Shown piece by piece: positions 47,769 to 56,347 of a DNA stretch of 64,000 nucleotides. How positions within the stretch are numbered: position 1 is the stretch's first letter; every line of letters starts with the position of its first letter. Origin of the DNA: a virus; the IMG/VR virus record IMGVR_UViG_3300036851_000098, positions 15,867 to 79,866 of that record; one strand, 5' to 3'. The notes beneath the pieces are model-generated. The model saw only the letters and a program-made list of their open reading frames with translations. It was not told the DNA's origin and did no database searches. The translations under genes and the position numbers were made by a program.

Positions 47769-48353
47769 ATGGCCTCGCTGGCCACTCGCATCAGTGAGCT
47801 AATCACAGCTATTGGTGCGGATATTAAAGCGTTGCAAACCAGGGATACAAGTTACAACGCATCGACATCGGCGCAATCTGGAATCAGCGGCGATACATAT
47901 TTGGCGGGGTCTAGCATTGCGATTCCACAAGGTAAGATAAAAGCTGGAACGATCTACCGATGCAAGTTCAACGTTGTTAAGACTGCAGCCGGAACTGGCG
48001 CGCCGGTTATATCTGTTCGAGTCGGAACAGCGGCATCAACGGCTGATACCGCTCGGGCCACGTTGACATTTGCTGCGCAGACTGCGGTAGTCGATGAGGG
48101 TATATTTGAGGTAGATTGTGTATTCCGTGCTGCTGGGGCTTCGGCGGTGATTCAGGCTATAGGTCGACTGATTCATCGGTTGGCTACTACGGGTTTGAAT
48201 GTTACAGCGATCAATACCATTGTATTGAATACAGGAGCTTCGTTTGATATTACCGGATCTAATCTGAAGATTGATCTTTCGGTTAACGCACCGAATCCGT
48301 CTTCATGGACGGTTAGCCTTGTCTCTGCAGAGTTGATCAACTTGACACCATAA
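47769..48353 (+). CDS. fibre-associated structural protein
   Basis: N-terminus SL.TRIS.LITA.G.D.K.L shared with the upstream gene. Confidence 0.7.
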   Translation: MASLATRISELITAIGADIKALQTRDTSYNASTSAQSGISGDTYLAGSSIAIPQGKIKAGTIYRCKFNVVKTAAGTGAPVISVRVGTAASTADTARATLTFAAQTAVVDEGIFEVDCVFRAAGASAVIQAIGRLIHRLATTGLNVTAINTIVLNTGASFDITGSNLKIDLSVNAPNPSSWTVSLVSAELINLTP

Positions 48354-48368
48354 ATAGGAGGCGTTTGA

Positions 48369-48803
48369 ATGAGGGAAAAACCCTTCGCGTCTCCTGGAGA
48401 GGCGCTTGCTCATATTTCGGAGACACCTTGGAGCGCGTATTCCAAGTCGGATTACACTCTTGAGCAATGGCATGCTGCGTGTTTGATCCATATTCATGAT
48501 GGAGAGGTCACGTCCAAGAGCGAGTGTAAGTTACCGGTCAAGACGCCTGATGGGGTTCTGAATCGCAACGGTGTACATGCTGCCGCAGCAGCTCTAGCAG
48601 GAGCTCGAGGCGGGCTTAAGAATGTGTCTAAGGAACAAAGAGAGAAAGCAGCAGCTGCTCTACGGAGGTACTACTCTCAGCTGGATGAGGATCCTCCAGA
48701 ATCGCTGGCTGAGCATGGCGCGGTTAAGGGCAATATTCTTAAACAGTCTTTTGCATCGCCTAAGGAGGCGTTAGAACACTATGGCGTTAAGGTCACGCGC
48801 TGA
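48369..48803 (+). CDS. head-associated protein (KLP..PDG.LN.NGV.AA domain) with decayed C-terminal tag
   Basis: FASP.EAL.H occurs twice; ends EHYGVKVTR*. Confidence 0.65.
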   Translation: MREKPFASPGEALAHISETPWSAYSKSDYTLEQWHAACLIHIHDGEVTSKSECKLPVKTPDGVLNRNGVHAAAAALAGARGGLKNVSKEQREKAAAALRRYYSQLDEDPPESLAEHGAVKGNILKQSFASPKEALEHYGVKVTR

Positions 48804-48863
48804 AGTGTTCGAAAAGAAGAACATGGAGTATCGATACGATGAGAACTAGAGAGGAGGTGATGT

Positions 48864-50210
48864 ATGGCAATTACAGATCGCCTGAAACACGCTTGGAATG
48901 CGTTCACAGATAGTGAAAGCGCAAACAATCGTCCGTTCGAGATGGCGGGCATGGGCGGGTCATATTTTGGCGTTCGACCCGATCGTAACCGACCCCGAAT
49001 CTCGAATGAGCGGTCGATCATCGCCTCGATCTACACTCGTATCGGCATCGATGTGGCTGGTGTACCTATGCGCCATGTTCGAAAGGATGAGCAGAATCGA
49101 TATTTGGAAGACATTGATAGTGGTCTAGACAACTGCCTGACGGTTGAGGCCAATGTTGATCAGGCTGCTCGGGCGTTCCGGCAAGACATCGCAATGACCA
49201 TGATGGACGAAGGTGTTGTAGCTATCGTTCCTGTGGATACGACGATATCTCCTGAGGAATCGGGCGGGTACGACATCAAAACCATGCGAGTTGGTCGAGT
49301 CGTGGGCTGGTTCCCAAGACATGTTCGTGTTTCGGTATATAACGACGATCCGAACATTATTGGCGGAGGATCTCGTCAAGAGATTACGCTGTCCAAGAAG
49401 GTCGTAGCAATTATCGAGAATCCACTATATTCCGTGATGAACGAGCCGAATTCGACGCTTCAGCGTCTGATCACGAAACTCAATCTATTGGATGTTGTGG
49501 ATCAGGAGTCATCTTCGGGTAAGTTGGACATGATAATCCAGCTTCCGTATGTAATTAAGTCGGAAGCACGTCGACAGCAGGCCGAGCAGCGACGAAAGGA
49601 TATTGAGTTCCAGCTCAAGGGAAGCCAGTACGGAATCGCTTACACAGACGGTACTGAGAAGGTTGTTCAGCTTAATCGTGCTGTGGAAAACAATCTTTTG
49701 CCTCAGATCGAATCACTCAAGACGCAGCTTTACAGCGAGTTGGGTCTTACTCCTGAGGTCATGAACGGCACGGCTGATGAAAAGGTCATGCTGAATTACT
49801 ACGCTCGGACAATCGAGCCTATGCTGGATGCGATCGTTGAAGCCATGATTCGAGTCTTTCTCACAAAGACAGCTCGAACTCAGGGTCAGTCGATCATGTA
49901 TTTCCGAGATCCGTTCAAGTTCGTGCCGATCGGTGGCGAAGGCGGGATTGCTGACATCGCCGACAAGTTCTCTCGTAATGAGATTGTATCGTCTAACGAG
50001 ATTCGACAGGCTATCGGAATGAAGCCTCGACCCGAAGCTAAGGCTGATGCGTTGATCAACTCCAACATGCCAGTACCCGACACAGGAGTTACGATCGATT
50101 CAACAGCTGAGGAAGTAATCGAAGATGTAGAAGATCCGGAAGTCGTTCAGTTGACTGAAGGATTGGCCACTTCAGCTGCTGAAATCGACGAAGCATTGGC
50201 GGGTGGGTAA
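48864..50210 (+). CDS. portal protein
   Basis: 448 aa between terminase and capsid; GKLD.IIQLPY, YGIAY.DGTE, NEIR..IG. Confidence 0.88.
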   Translation: MAITDRLKHAWNAFTDSESANNRPFEMAGMGGSYFGVRPDRNRPRISNERSIIASIYTRIGIDVAGVPMRHVRKDEQNRYLEDIDSGLDNCLTVEANVDQAARAFRQDIAMTMMDEGVVAIVPVDTTISPEESGGYDIKTMRVGRVVGWFPRHVRVSVYNDDPNIIGGGSRQEITLSKKVVAIIENPLYSVMNEPNSTLQRLITKLNLLDVVDQESSSGKLDMIIQLPYVIKSEARRQQAEQRRKDIEFQLKGSQYGIAYTDGTEKVVQLNRAVENNLLPQIESLKTQLYSELGLTPEVMNGTADEKVMLNYYARTIEPMLDAIVEAMIRVFLTKTARTQGQSIMYFRDPFKFVPIGGEGGIADIADKFSRNEIVSSNEIRQAIGMKPRPEAKADALINSNMPVPDTGVTIDSTAEEVIEDVEDPEVVQLTEGLATSAAEIDEALAGG

Positions 50211-50803
50211 TGCTACGACCACCCAATGATCTCGAGCTGGATCAGCTGATGCATCGTTACGACCCGGTCAAGGCTCATGAGTACTATGAGAGGACCAAGA
50301 AGTTAAAGGGTCGAAAGCGAGGACAACGAAAGGTCGGAGCGGTTACTCGTCCTGGTCAACAGCCGGTTGGGTTTGCTCGATCCAATGCACGACGACAAGA
50401 GGAAGCCAAGCCTAGGCAACGTCGAGAATTGGCGCAGCGTATCAAACTCCTAGAAGGCAAGCTTAAGGAGCTTGAAGAGCGGATCCGAGAGAAGGAACGG
50501 GAGGCACGCCAAGAGAATCGAAAGGCGAAGGCTAAGAAGGAGCGTGCGGCTAAAGAGCGTGATAAGCCGAAAACCGCTGCCGAAAAAGCAGAGGAAGCTC
50601 GAGAAGCTAAGAAGTATCGCGACAAGAATCAGCAAAAGCTGAAGAACAAGGCGAAAGCAGCCAGCTCAAAGTCTGGCGGAAGCAGTTCTTCCTCTAGTAA
50701 GAAGTCGGAATCGAAGAAACGTTCGATCTCTGATCTCAAAGCTCTTGCCACCAAGGTTAAGGGGCAGATTGCAGTCGCCAAACAAAAGCTAGCTGCGCTC
50801 TAA
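50210..50803 (+). CDS. basic head-associated protein
   Basis: LMH.YDPVKAHEYYERTKKLKGR, then Lys/Arg coiled coil. Confidence 0.7.
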   Translation: MLRPPNDLELDQLMHRYDPVKAHEYYERTKKLKGRKRGQRKVGAVTRPGQQPVGFARSNARRQEEAKPRQRRELAQRIKLLEGKLKELEERIREKEREARQENRKAKAKKERAAKERDKPKTAAEKAEEAREAKKYRDKNQQKLKNKAKAASSKSGGSSSSSSKKSESKKRSISDLKALATKVKGQIAVAKQKLAAL

Positions 50804-50840
50804 GAGCGCCGGAGATCAAAAGACGAAAGGAACAGTCAAA

Positions 50841-52931
50841 ATGGGAGCAAAGTCCCGCCGACTGGACTTCGGTGACTCTTCGCCGGAGAACAGCCTGATG
50901 CATTCGGCCATTGCGGCTAAGAAGCCTGACTTCAGTGGTTGGGCCTCTAAGTACGGCCTCAAGTGCACAGACGGAAGGACGATCCTGAACGGTGCTTTCC
51001 AGCACCAGGATGGCGATCAGCTGCCGCTGGTGTGGCAGCACGGGCACGATTCGCCCGAGAACGTCCTGGGTCACGTGGTTCTCGAGCACAAGGCCCAGGG
51101 GCCTTACTGCTATGGGTACTTCAACCAGACGACCCAGGGGAAGAACGCAAAGACCCTAGTAGAGCACGAGGATGTCTCGTCGCTTTCCATTTTCGCCAAT
51201 GCGCTGGTCGAGAAGGCCAAGCAGGTCTCACACGGCATGATCCGGGAGGTCTCGCTTGTGCTGGCGGGTGCCAACCCTGGCGCCTTCATCGACAATATCG
51301 AGATCGCGCATTCCGACGGAGAAGTCACGACGGTCGCCGACGAGGCGATCATCTACACCGGTCTCGAACTCGAGCACGCCGAAGGCGACGCTGCCGAGAC
51401 CGAGACGACTGAGACGGATGAAGGCACGTCGAATGACGACGAGTCTCGCTCTGTCCAGGACGTCTTCGATTCGATGTCTGAGGAGCAGCAGGAAGTCGTC
51501 CACTACATGGTGGGTGCGGCACTTCAGAGCGTCGAGAGCAAAGACAGCAGCACCGACGAAGAGACCGGTTCCTCCGACGAGGAGGGCATCACCCACGAGG
51601 ACAAGGACGAAAACGAGATGAGCGGACGAAACGTCTTCGAGAGCGCCACGGGCGGGGAGGCCACCAAGGGCAAGCCCCGTATGACGCTTTCGCACGACGC
51701 GATGCAGGGCATCGCTGCCGACGCGGTCAAGCGCGGCTCGCTGAAGGAGGCGTTCCAGGACTACGCCTTCAAGCACGGGATCGAGGACATCGATCTGCTG
51801 TTCCCGGATGCGCGGGCCATCACCGAGACCCCGGAGTTCGACAGCCGTCGGACCGAGTGGGTCGCCGGGGTCCTCGGGGCGGTGCGTAAGAGCCCCTTCT
51901 CGAGGATCAAGTCCCTGACAGCCGACATTACCCACGCCGAGGCGCGGGCAAAGGGCTACGTCAAGGGAAACCTGAAGAAGGAAGAGTTCTTCGGGTTGAT
52001 GCGACGCATCACCACCCCGAGCACGGTCTACAAGAAGCAGAAGCTCGACCGTGACGACATCATCGACATCACGGACTTCGATGTCGTGCTGTGGCTTAAG
52101 GCCGAGATGCGTCTCATGCTGGACGAGGAGGTTGCGCGTGCCATCCTGATCGGGGACGGCCGTGACGTCGACGACGAGGACAAGGTCCGCGACCCCGCTG
52201 GGGCGACGGACGGCGCGGGCATCCGCTCCATCCTCAACGACGACGACCTCTACGCGGCGACGATCACGATCGACGTCAGCGGGGACCTGAAGGACACGGA
52301 CCTCACGGACAAGATCCTCGAGTCCATGCGCTTCTACAAGGGCTCCGGTTCGCCGACGTTCTACACGACGCAGTACGTCATGACGCAGATGTTGCTGGCC
52401 CGAGATGGCGACAACCGTCGCCTGTACCGCACGGCGAGCGACTTGGCGGCCGAGATCGGTGTCAGTGCCATCGTGACCGTTGACCCCATGGAGGACGAGC
52501 CCGACCTGGTCGGCATTATCGTCAATCTCCGAGACTACACGGTCGGTGCGGACCGTGGTGGCGAGGTGTCGTTCTTCGACGACTTCGACATCGATTACAA
52601 CCAGTACAAGTACTTGACCGAGACGCGCGCTTCCGGAGCTCTCACCAAGATCCGATCGGCACTGGTCATCAAGCAGGCCGCCGAGGGTGCGACCAAGGTC
52701 ACCCCGGCCGAGCCGACGTTCGATGCGGAGACCTCGGAGATCACGATCACCGACACGACTGGCGTCACGTACCGTCGCAGCGACACCAACGCCGCCGTGA
52801 CCAACGCGGGCTCGCCGTACTCCGTCGACGAGGGCGTGGACCTCACCATCTACGCAGTCGCCAACTCGGGCTACTTCTTCGACAACAACGTCGAGGACGA
52901 GTGGACCTTCCGCGGCACGGCGGGCGCGTAG
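50841..52931 (+). CDS. prohead protease-scaffold-major capsid fusion protein
   Basis: DFSGWA..., PLVWQH.H....VLG, LSI.A, IREVSLVLAGANPGA; acidic linker; capsid body (SPFSRIK, FDIDYNQYKYL.ETR.SGAL); C-terminal Ig-like domain. Confidence 0.92.
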   Translation: MGAKSRRLDFGDSSPENSLMHSAIAAKKPDFSGWASKYGLKCTDGRTILNGAFQHQDGDQLPLVWQHGHDSPENVLGHVVLEHKAQGPYCYGYFNQTTQGKNAKTLVEHEDVSSLSIFANALVEKAKQVSHGMIREVSLVLAGANPGAFIDNIEIAHSDGEVTTVADEAIIYTGLELEHAEGDAAETETTETDEGTSNDDESRSVQDVFDSMSEEQQEVVHYMVGAALQSVESKDSSTDEETGSSDEEGITHEDKDENEMSGRNVFESATGGEATKGKPRMTLSHDAMQGIAADAVKRGSLKEAFQDYAFKHGIEDIDLLFPDARAITETPEFDSRRTEWVAGVLGAVRKSPFSRIKSLTADITHAEARAKGYVKGNLKKEEFFGLMRRITTPSTVYKKQKLDRDDIIDITDFDVVLWLKAEMRLMLDEEVARAILIGDGRDVDDEDKVRDPAGATDGAGIRSILNDDDLYAATITIDVSGDLKDTDLTDKILESMRFYKGSGSPTFYTTQYVMTQMLLARDGDNRRLYRTASDLAAEIGVSAIVTVDPMEDEPDLVGIIVNLRDYTVGADRGGEVSFFDDFDIDYNQYKYLTETRASGALTKIRSALVIKQAAEGATKVTPAEPTFDAETSEITITDTTGVTYRRSDTNAAVTNAGSPYSVDEGVDLTIYAVANSGYFFDNNVEDEWTFRGTAGA

Positions 52932-52948
52932 TTCGCTGAGCTGATCTA

Positions 52949-53275
52949 ATGGCGAGGTTCCACGGAAAGGTCGGGTTCGGCGAATCTGTCGAGACCGCAC
53001 CGGGCGTGCATGCTGACGTCATTGTGGAGCATCTCTACTATGGCGATGTAATTCAAAATAGGAGAAATCTCCAACAAGGTGACAGCCTGAACAAGGATGT
53101 CACTGTCAGCAACACGATCAGCATCGTGGCCGATGCTTACGTAAGTGAGCATTTCTTCGCCATTAAATACGTTGAATGGGCGGGGGTGCTTTGGACTGTG
53201 ACAGGTGTCGAAGTCCAGGCCCCCCGTCTACTTCTTCAGCTAGGGGAGGTGTACAATGGCCCGCTCCCGGCTTGA
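52949..53275 (+). CDS. head-to-tail stopper
   Basis: F.GKVGF....E..PGV, YYGDV, ISIVAD, W.V..VEV..PRL.L.LG.VYNG. Confidence 0.75.
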   Translation: MARFHGKVGFGESVETAPGVHADVIVEHLYYGDVIQNRRNLQQGDSLNKDVTVSNTISIVADAYVSEHFFAIKYVEWAGVLWTVTGVEVQAPRLLLQLGEVYNGPLPA

Positions 53276-53558
53276 ATTCCAAACCCTCCTCGAGGGTATT
53301 ACGGAGAACGTTTATTTTCAGCCTCCTTCGACTTTCCGAATGGAGTACCCGTGTATTAGGTATGAGCGGGACGGAACATCGAAGGACCATGCGGACAACG
53401 AGCTGTATCGTCACGCCAATCGGTATCAGGTCACGGTCATTGACCGAAATCCCGACACCGAGCTCAAGGATCAGGTCGAATTGCTGAAATACTCGAATTT
53501 CGAGCGTTTTTTCCCAGCAGACGATCTCAACCACTACGTTTTCAGCGTTTACTTCTGA
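53256..53558 (+). CDS. tail terminator / completion protein
   Basis: NVYFQPP....YPCI.Y, YQVTVIDRNPD, D.LNH.VF. Confidence 0.75.
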   Translation: MARSRLEFQTLLEGITENVYFQPPSTFRMEYPCIRYERDGTSKDHADNELYRHANRYQVTVIDRNPDTELKDQVELLKYSNFERFFPADDLNHYVFSVYF

Positions 53559-53575
53559 AAAGGAGCCCTTAAGTA

Positions 53576-54457
53576 ATGACTGCCCTAACGTGGGATGGTG
53601 TGGGAGAGCGCCTGTACGAGACAGGTGTCGACCACGGCGTCCTCTACCAGCTCAACGAGGCTGGCGAATACGTCGACGGAGTGGCTTGGAACGGTCTCAC
53701 GACCGTCACTGAGTCTCCGTCTGGCGCAGAGTCCAACAAGCAGTACGCGGACAACATCGTGTACGTGAACCTCATTTCCGTCGAGGAGTTCGGCGGGACC
53801 ATCGAGGCCTTCACGTATCCGGATGAGTTCGGCCAGAACGACGGAACGGACGAACCCGCTCCGGGCGTGCAGATGGGTCAGCAGGGACGTCGTCCCTTCG
53901 GTCTCGTCTACCGCACTCTCGTCGGCAACGACGTCGATGGCCAGGAGCACGGTTACAAGCTGCATCTGCTCTATGGCTGCCTGGCTTCGCCTTCGGAGAA
54001 GGCGTACAGCACGGTCAACGATTCTCCCGAGGCGATCGCGTTTTCGTGGGAGTTCACGACCACACCGGCTGGCTACACGGATGGAAAGCCGACATCACTG
54101 ATCGTGGTCGATTCCACCAAGGTCGATCCGACGGATCTGGCTGCCCTGGAGGACATCCTGTTCGGTACGGTCAGCGATGACCCCAGTCTGCCCGCTCCGG
54201 ATGCGATCGTCGATCTCTTCACCACCGGTCTGACCACGGTCGATCTCGGTACCGCCGCAAATCAGCCGACGTACAACGCAGGTACCCATGTCGTCACGAT
54301 TCCGGTGGTTACCGGTGTTACGTGGACGATCAACGGTGTCGAGGTTGCCACGGGCGCTCAGCCCGCGATGTCAGTCGGCGAGACCTCCGAGGTCCAGGCC
54401 CATGCCGACGCGGGCTACAACCTCGAGGGCAACGACGAGTGGACGTTCGACTACTAG
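53576..54457 (+). CDS. major tail protein
   Basis: L.WD..GER.YETGVDHGVLY, AWNGL..V.ESP.G, YADN, EAFTYP, YKLHL.Y; C-terminal Ig-like domain. Confidence 0.9.
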   Translation: MTALTWDGVGERLYETGVDHGVLYQLNEAGEYVDGVAWNGLTTVTESPSGAESNKQYADNIVYVNLISVEEFGGTIEAFTYPDEFGQNDGTDEPAPGVQMGQQGRRPFGLVYRTLVGNDVDGQEHGYKLHLLYGCLASPSEKAYSTVNDSPEAIAFSWEFTTTPAGYTDGKPTSLIVVDSTKVDPTDLAALEDILFGTVSDDPSLPAPDAIVDLFTTGLTTVDLGTAANQPTYNAGTHVVTIPVVTGVTWTINGVEVATGAQPAMSVGETSEVQAHADAGYNLEGNDEWTFDY

Positions 54458-54607
54458 TCGAGTAAAACTGCATGGGGTCGTGACTCCCAGGTGAAGGTCG
54501 CGGGGAGCAGTTGGCGAGGCCTTTTCAACTCTCCGGGGCCTTTGTTAGCTGTGGGAGGGACATAACCGGACTACCAACATGCAGACAGAATGAAAGGAGG
54601 CCAGAGA

Positions 54608-55150
54608 GTGCTCACACTAACAGTTGGAGCCACCGATGTCTATGACGAAGAGTCCGAAACATTCGGTACTCAGGGTGGGTTTGAGCTCCAGCTGGAGCAT
54701 TCTCTGGTTTCCGTTTCAAAATGGGAGTCAGAATTTGAAAAGCCCTTTTTGGGTAAATCTGAGAAAACGGCGGATGAGACTCTGGCATACATTCGCTATA
54801 TGGTTGTGAGCGAAAACCCCCCGGAGGATTTTCTGGAACAACTTTCAAATGAGAATCTAGAAGCGGTCAACGCATACATCAACCGCAAGATGACTGCTAC
54901 TTGGTTTTCAGATCAGCCAGGTACGCCAAAAACGCATGAAGTAATCACGGCAGAACTCATCTACTACTGGATGACGGTGTTCAACATCCCATTTGCCTGT
55001 GAAACTTGGCATTTGAACCGGCTGTTTACGTTGATCCGTATTGCTAACATCAAGCAAGCTAAGCCAAAGAAGATGAGCCGCGCTGAAGTCGCTCGACGTA
55101 ACCGGGAACTCAACGCTCAGCGAAAGGCGCAACTAGGTACAAAGGGCTAA
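54608..55150 (+). CDS. tail assembly chaperone
   Basis: LEHSL.S.SKWES...KPF, ITAELIYYWM, WHLNRL.TLI; AAAGGAGG SD before GTG. Confidence 0.75.
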   Translation: MLTLTVGATDVYDEESETFGTQGGFELQLEHSLVSVSKWESEFEKPFLGKSEKTADETLAYIRYMVVSENPPEDFLEQLSNENLEAVNAYINRKMTATWFSDQPGTPKTHEVITAELIYYWMTVFNIPFACETWHLNRLFTLIRIANIKQAKPKKMSRAEVARRNRELNAQRKAQLGTKG

Positions 55151-55159
55151 GGAGATGTT

Positions 55160-55315
55160 GTGCCACTGAAAAAGGGGCATACCAAGAAGGTCATCGAGGA
55201 GAACATTCGTAGAGAAATCGCGGCCGGTAAGCCCCAAAAGCAAGCGGTAGCAATTGCTCTTTCGAAGGCAGCAGAATATAGGAAGGAACAGGCTAAGAAA
55301 AAGCGACGGAAGTAG
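55160..55315 (+). CDS. small basic protein (51 aa, not in ORF track)
   Basis: MPLKKG..KKVI.ENIR.EI.AGKPQKQAVAIALS. Confidence 0.72.
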   Translation: MPLKKGHTKKVIEENIRREIAAGKPQKQAVAIALSKAAEYRKEQAKKKRRK

Positions 55316-55331
55316 ATAGAAAGGAGGCTGG

Positions 55332-55970
55332 ATGACCGCGCTTGTCTGGGATCAGATAGGTGAACGTAGGTTTGAGACAGGCGTCGATCATGGCGTTCTA
55401 TATCTATCAACAGGAGAAGCCGTTCCCTGGAATGGTCTGGTCTCTGTCAACGAGATCACCGGCCGAGAGACGAAGCCATTCTACATCGATGGCACCAAAT
55501 TTCTAGATCACAACGTCCCGGGATCGTATGCGGCAAAGCTGACTGCGTATACATATCCTGACGAGATGGACGAGTTTGTGGGAAACAAGGAATACGTGTC
55601 TGGCGTATTCGTCCATGATCAACCTATTTCAGAATTCTTCCATCTTTCATATCGGACTGGTGTCGGCAACGATGTCGACGGGATGGATCATGCCTACAAG
55701 ATCCATATTCTTTACAACCTCATGGCAGTTCTCGCCGATACAACACTGGGCACCATTGGACAGACTGCTGCAGCAGAAGCATTCGAATGGACGATCTTCG
55801 GAACACCATCAGTGGCAACGGGATTGCGCCCTACGAGTCATATTTCGCTGGATTCGCGTCGAATTGATCCAATTGTACTGGCGGCTGTTGAAGAGCGCCT
55901 ATATGGATCAGTATCAGATGATCCAGACTTGCCAACATTAATCGAGTTGTTGGCTCTCGTCGACGTATGA
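55332..55970 (+). CDS. second major-tail-like protein (paralog)
   Basis: MTALVWDQIGERRFETGVDHGVLY...WNGL, AYTYPDE, YKIHILYN. Confidence 0.82.
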   Translation: MTALVWDQIGERRFETGVDHGVLYLSTGEAVPWNGLVSVNEITGRETKPFYIDGTKFLDHNVPGSYAAKLTAYTYPDEMDEFVGNKEYVSGVFVHDQPISEFFHLSYRTGVGNDVDGMDHAYKIHILYNLMAVLADTTLGTIGQTAAAEAFEWTIFGTPSVATGLRPTSHISLDSRRIDPIVLAAVEERLYGSVSDDPDLPTLIELLALVDV

Positions 55971-56347
55971 TCAAGCTTAAGACAAGCGGGTCCTTCGCCA
56001 ACGCGCAAGCATTTTTGCAACGTATGAAGAATCGAGACCAGTTTAAAATCTTAGACAAATACGGAGCACTGGGTGTAGCGGCACTAAAGTCGGCTACCCC
56101 AATAGAGTCTGGTGAAACCGCCAGCTCTTGGTATTACGAAACAGTGAGCAAGCCGGGATATTTCGCTATTCACTGGTACAATTCTCACGTTGAGGACCCT
56201 GGGAGAATCCCGATCGCCATACTTCTCCAGTATGGCCATGCCACCCGAACCGGGGGCTATGTCCAAGGGCGCGACTATATCAATCCTGCTCTGCAGTCTA
56301 TATTTGACCAAATGGCAGCCGACATGTGGAAGGAGGTGACCAAGTAA
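55967..56347 (+). CDS. tail completion / neck protein
   Basis: GV.AL..ATP..SGETA.SW.Y, IAILLQYGH.T..GGYV.G.DYINPA. Confidence 0.72.
   Translation: MIKLKTSGSFANAQAFLQRMKNRDQFKILDKYGALGVAALKSATPIESGETASSWYYETVSKPGYFAIHWYNSHVEDPGRIPIAILLQYGHATRTGGYVQGRDYINPALQSIFDQMAADMWKEVTK

Noticed and set aside
48801-48803. TGA-to-Trp recoding or readthrough
   Set aside because: Neighbouring motif codons are also mutated and many genes end in TGA; decay is the simpler explanation
51228-53000. 590-aa minus-strand ORF
   Set aside because: Antisense shadow of the GC3-rich capsid gene; no domain features
54608-55150. Programmed -1 frameshift in the tail assembly chaperone
   Set aside because: No convincing slippery heptamer with a long alternative-frame extension was identified
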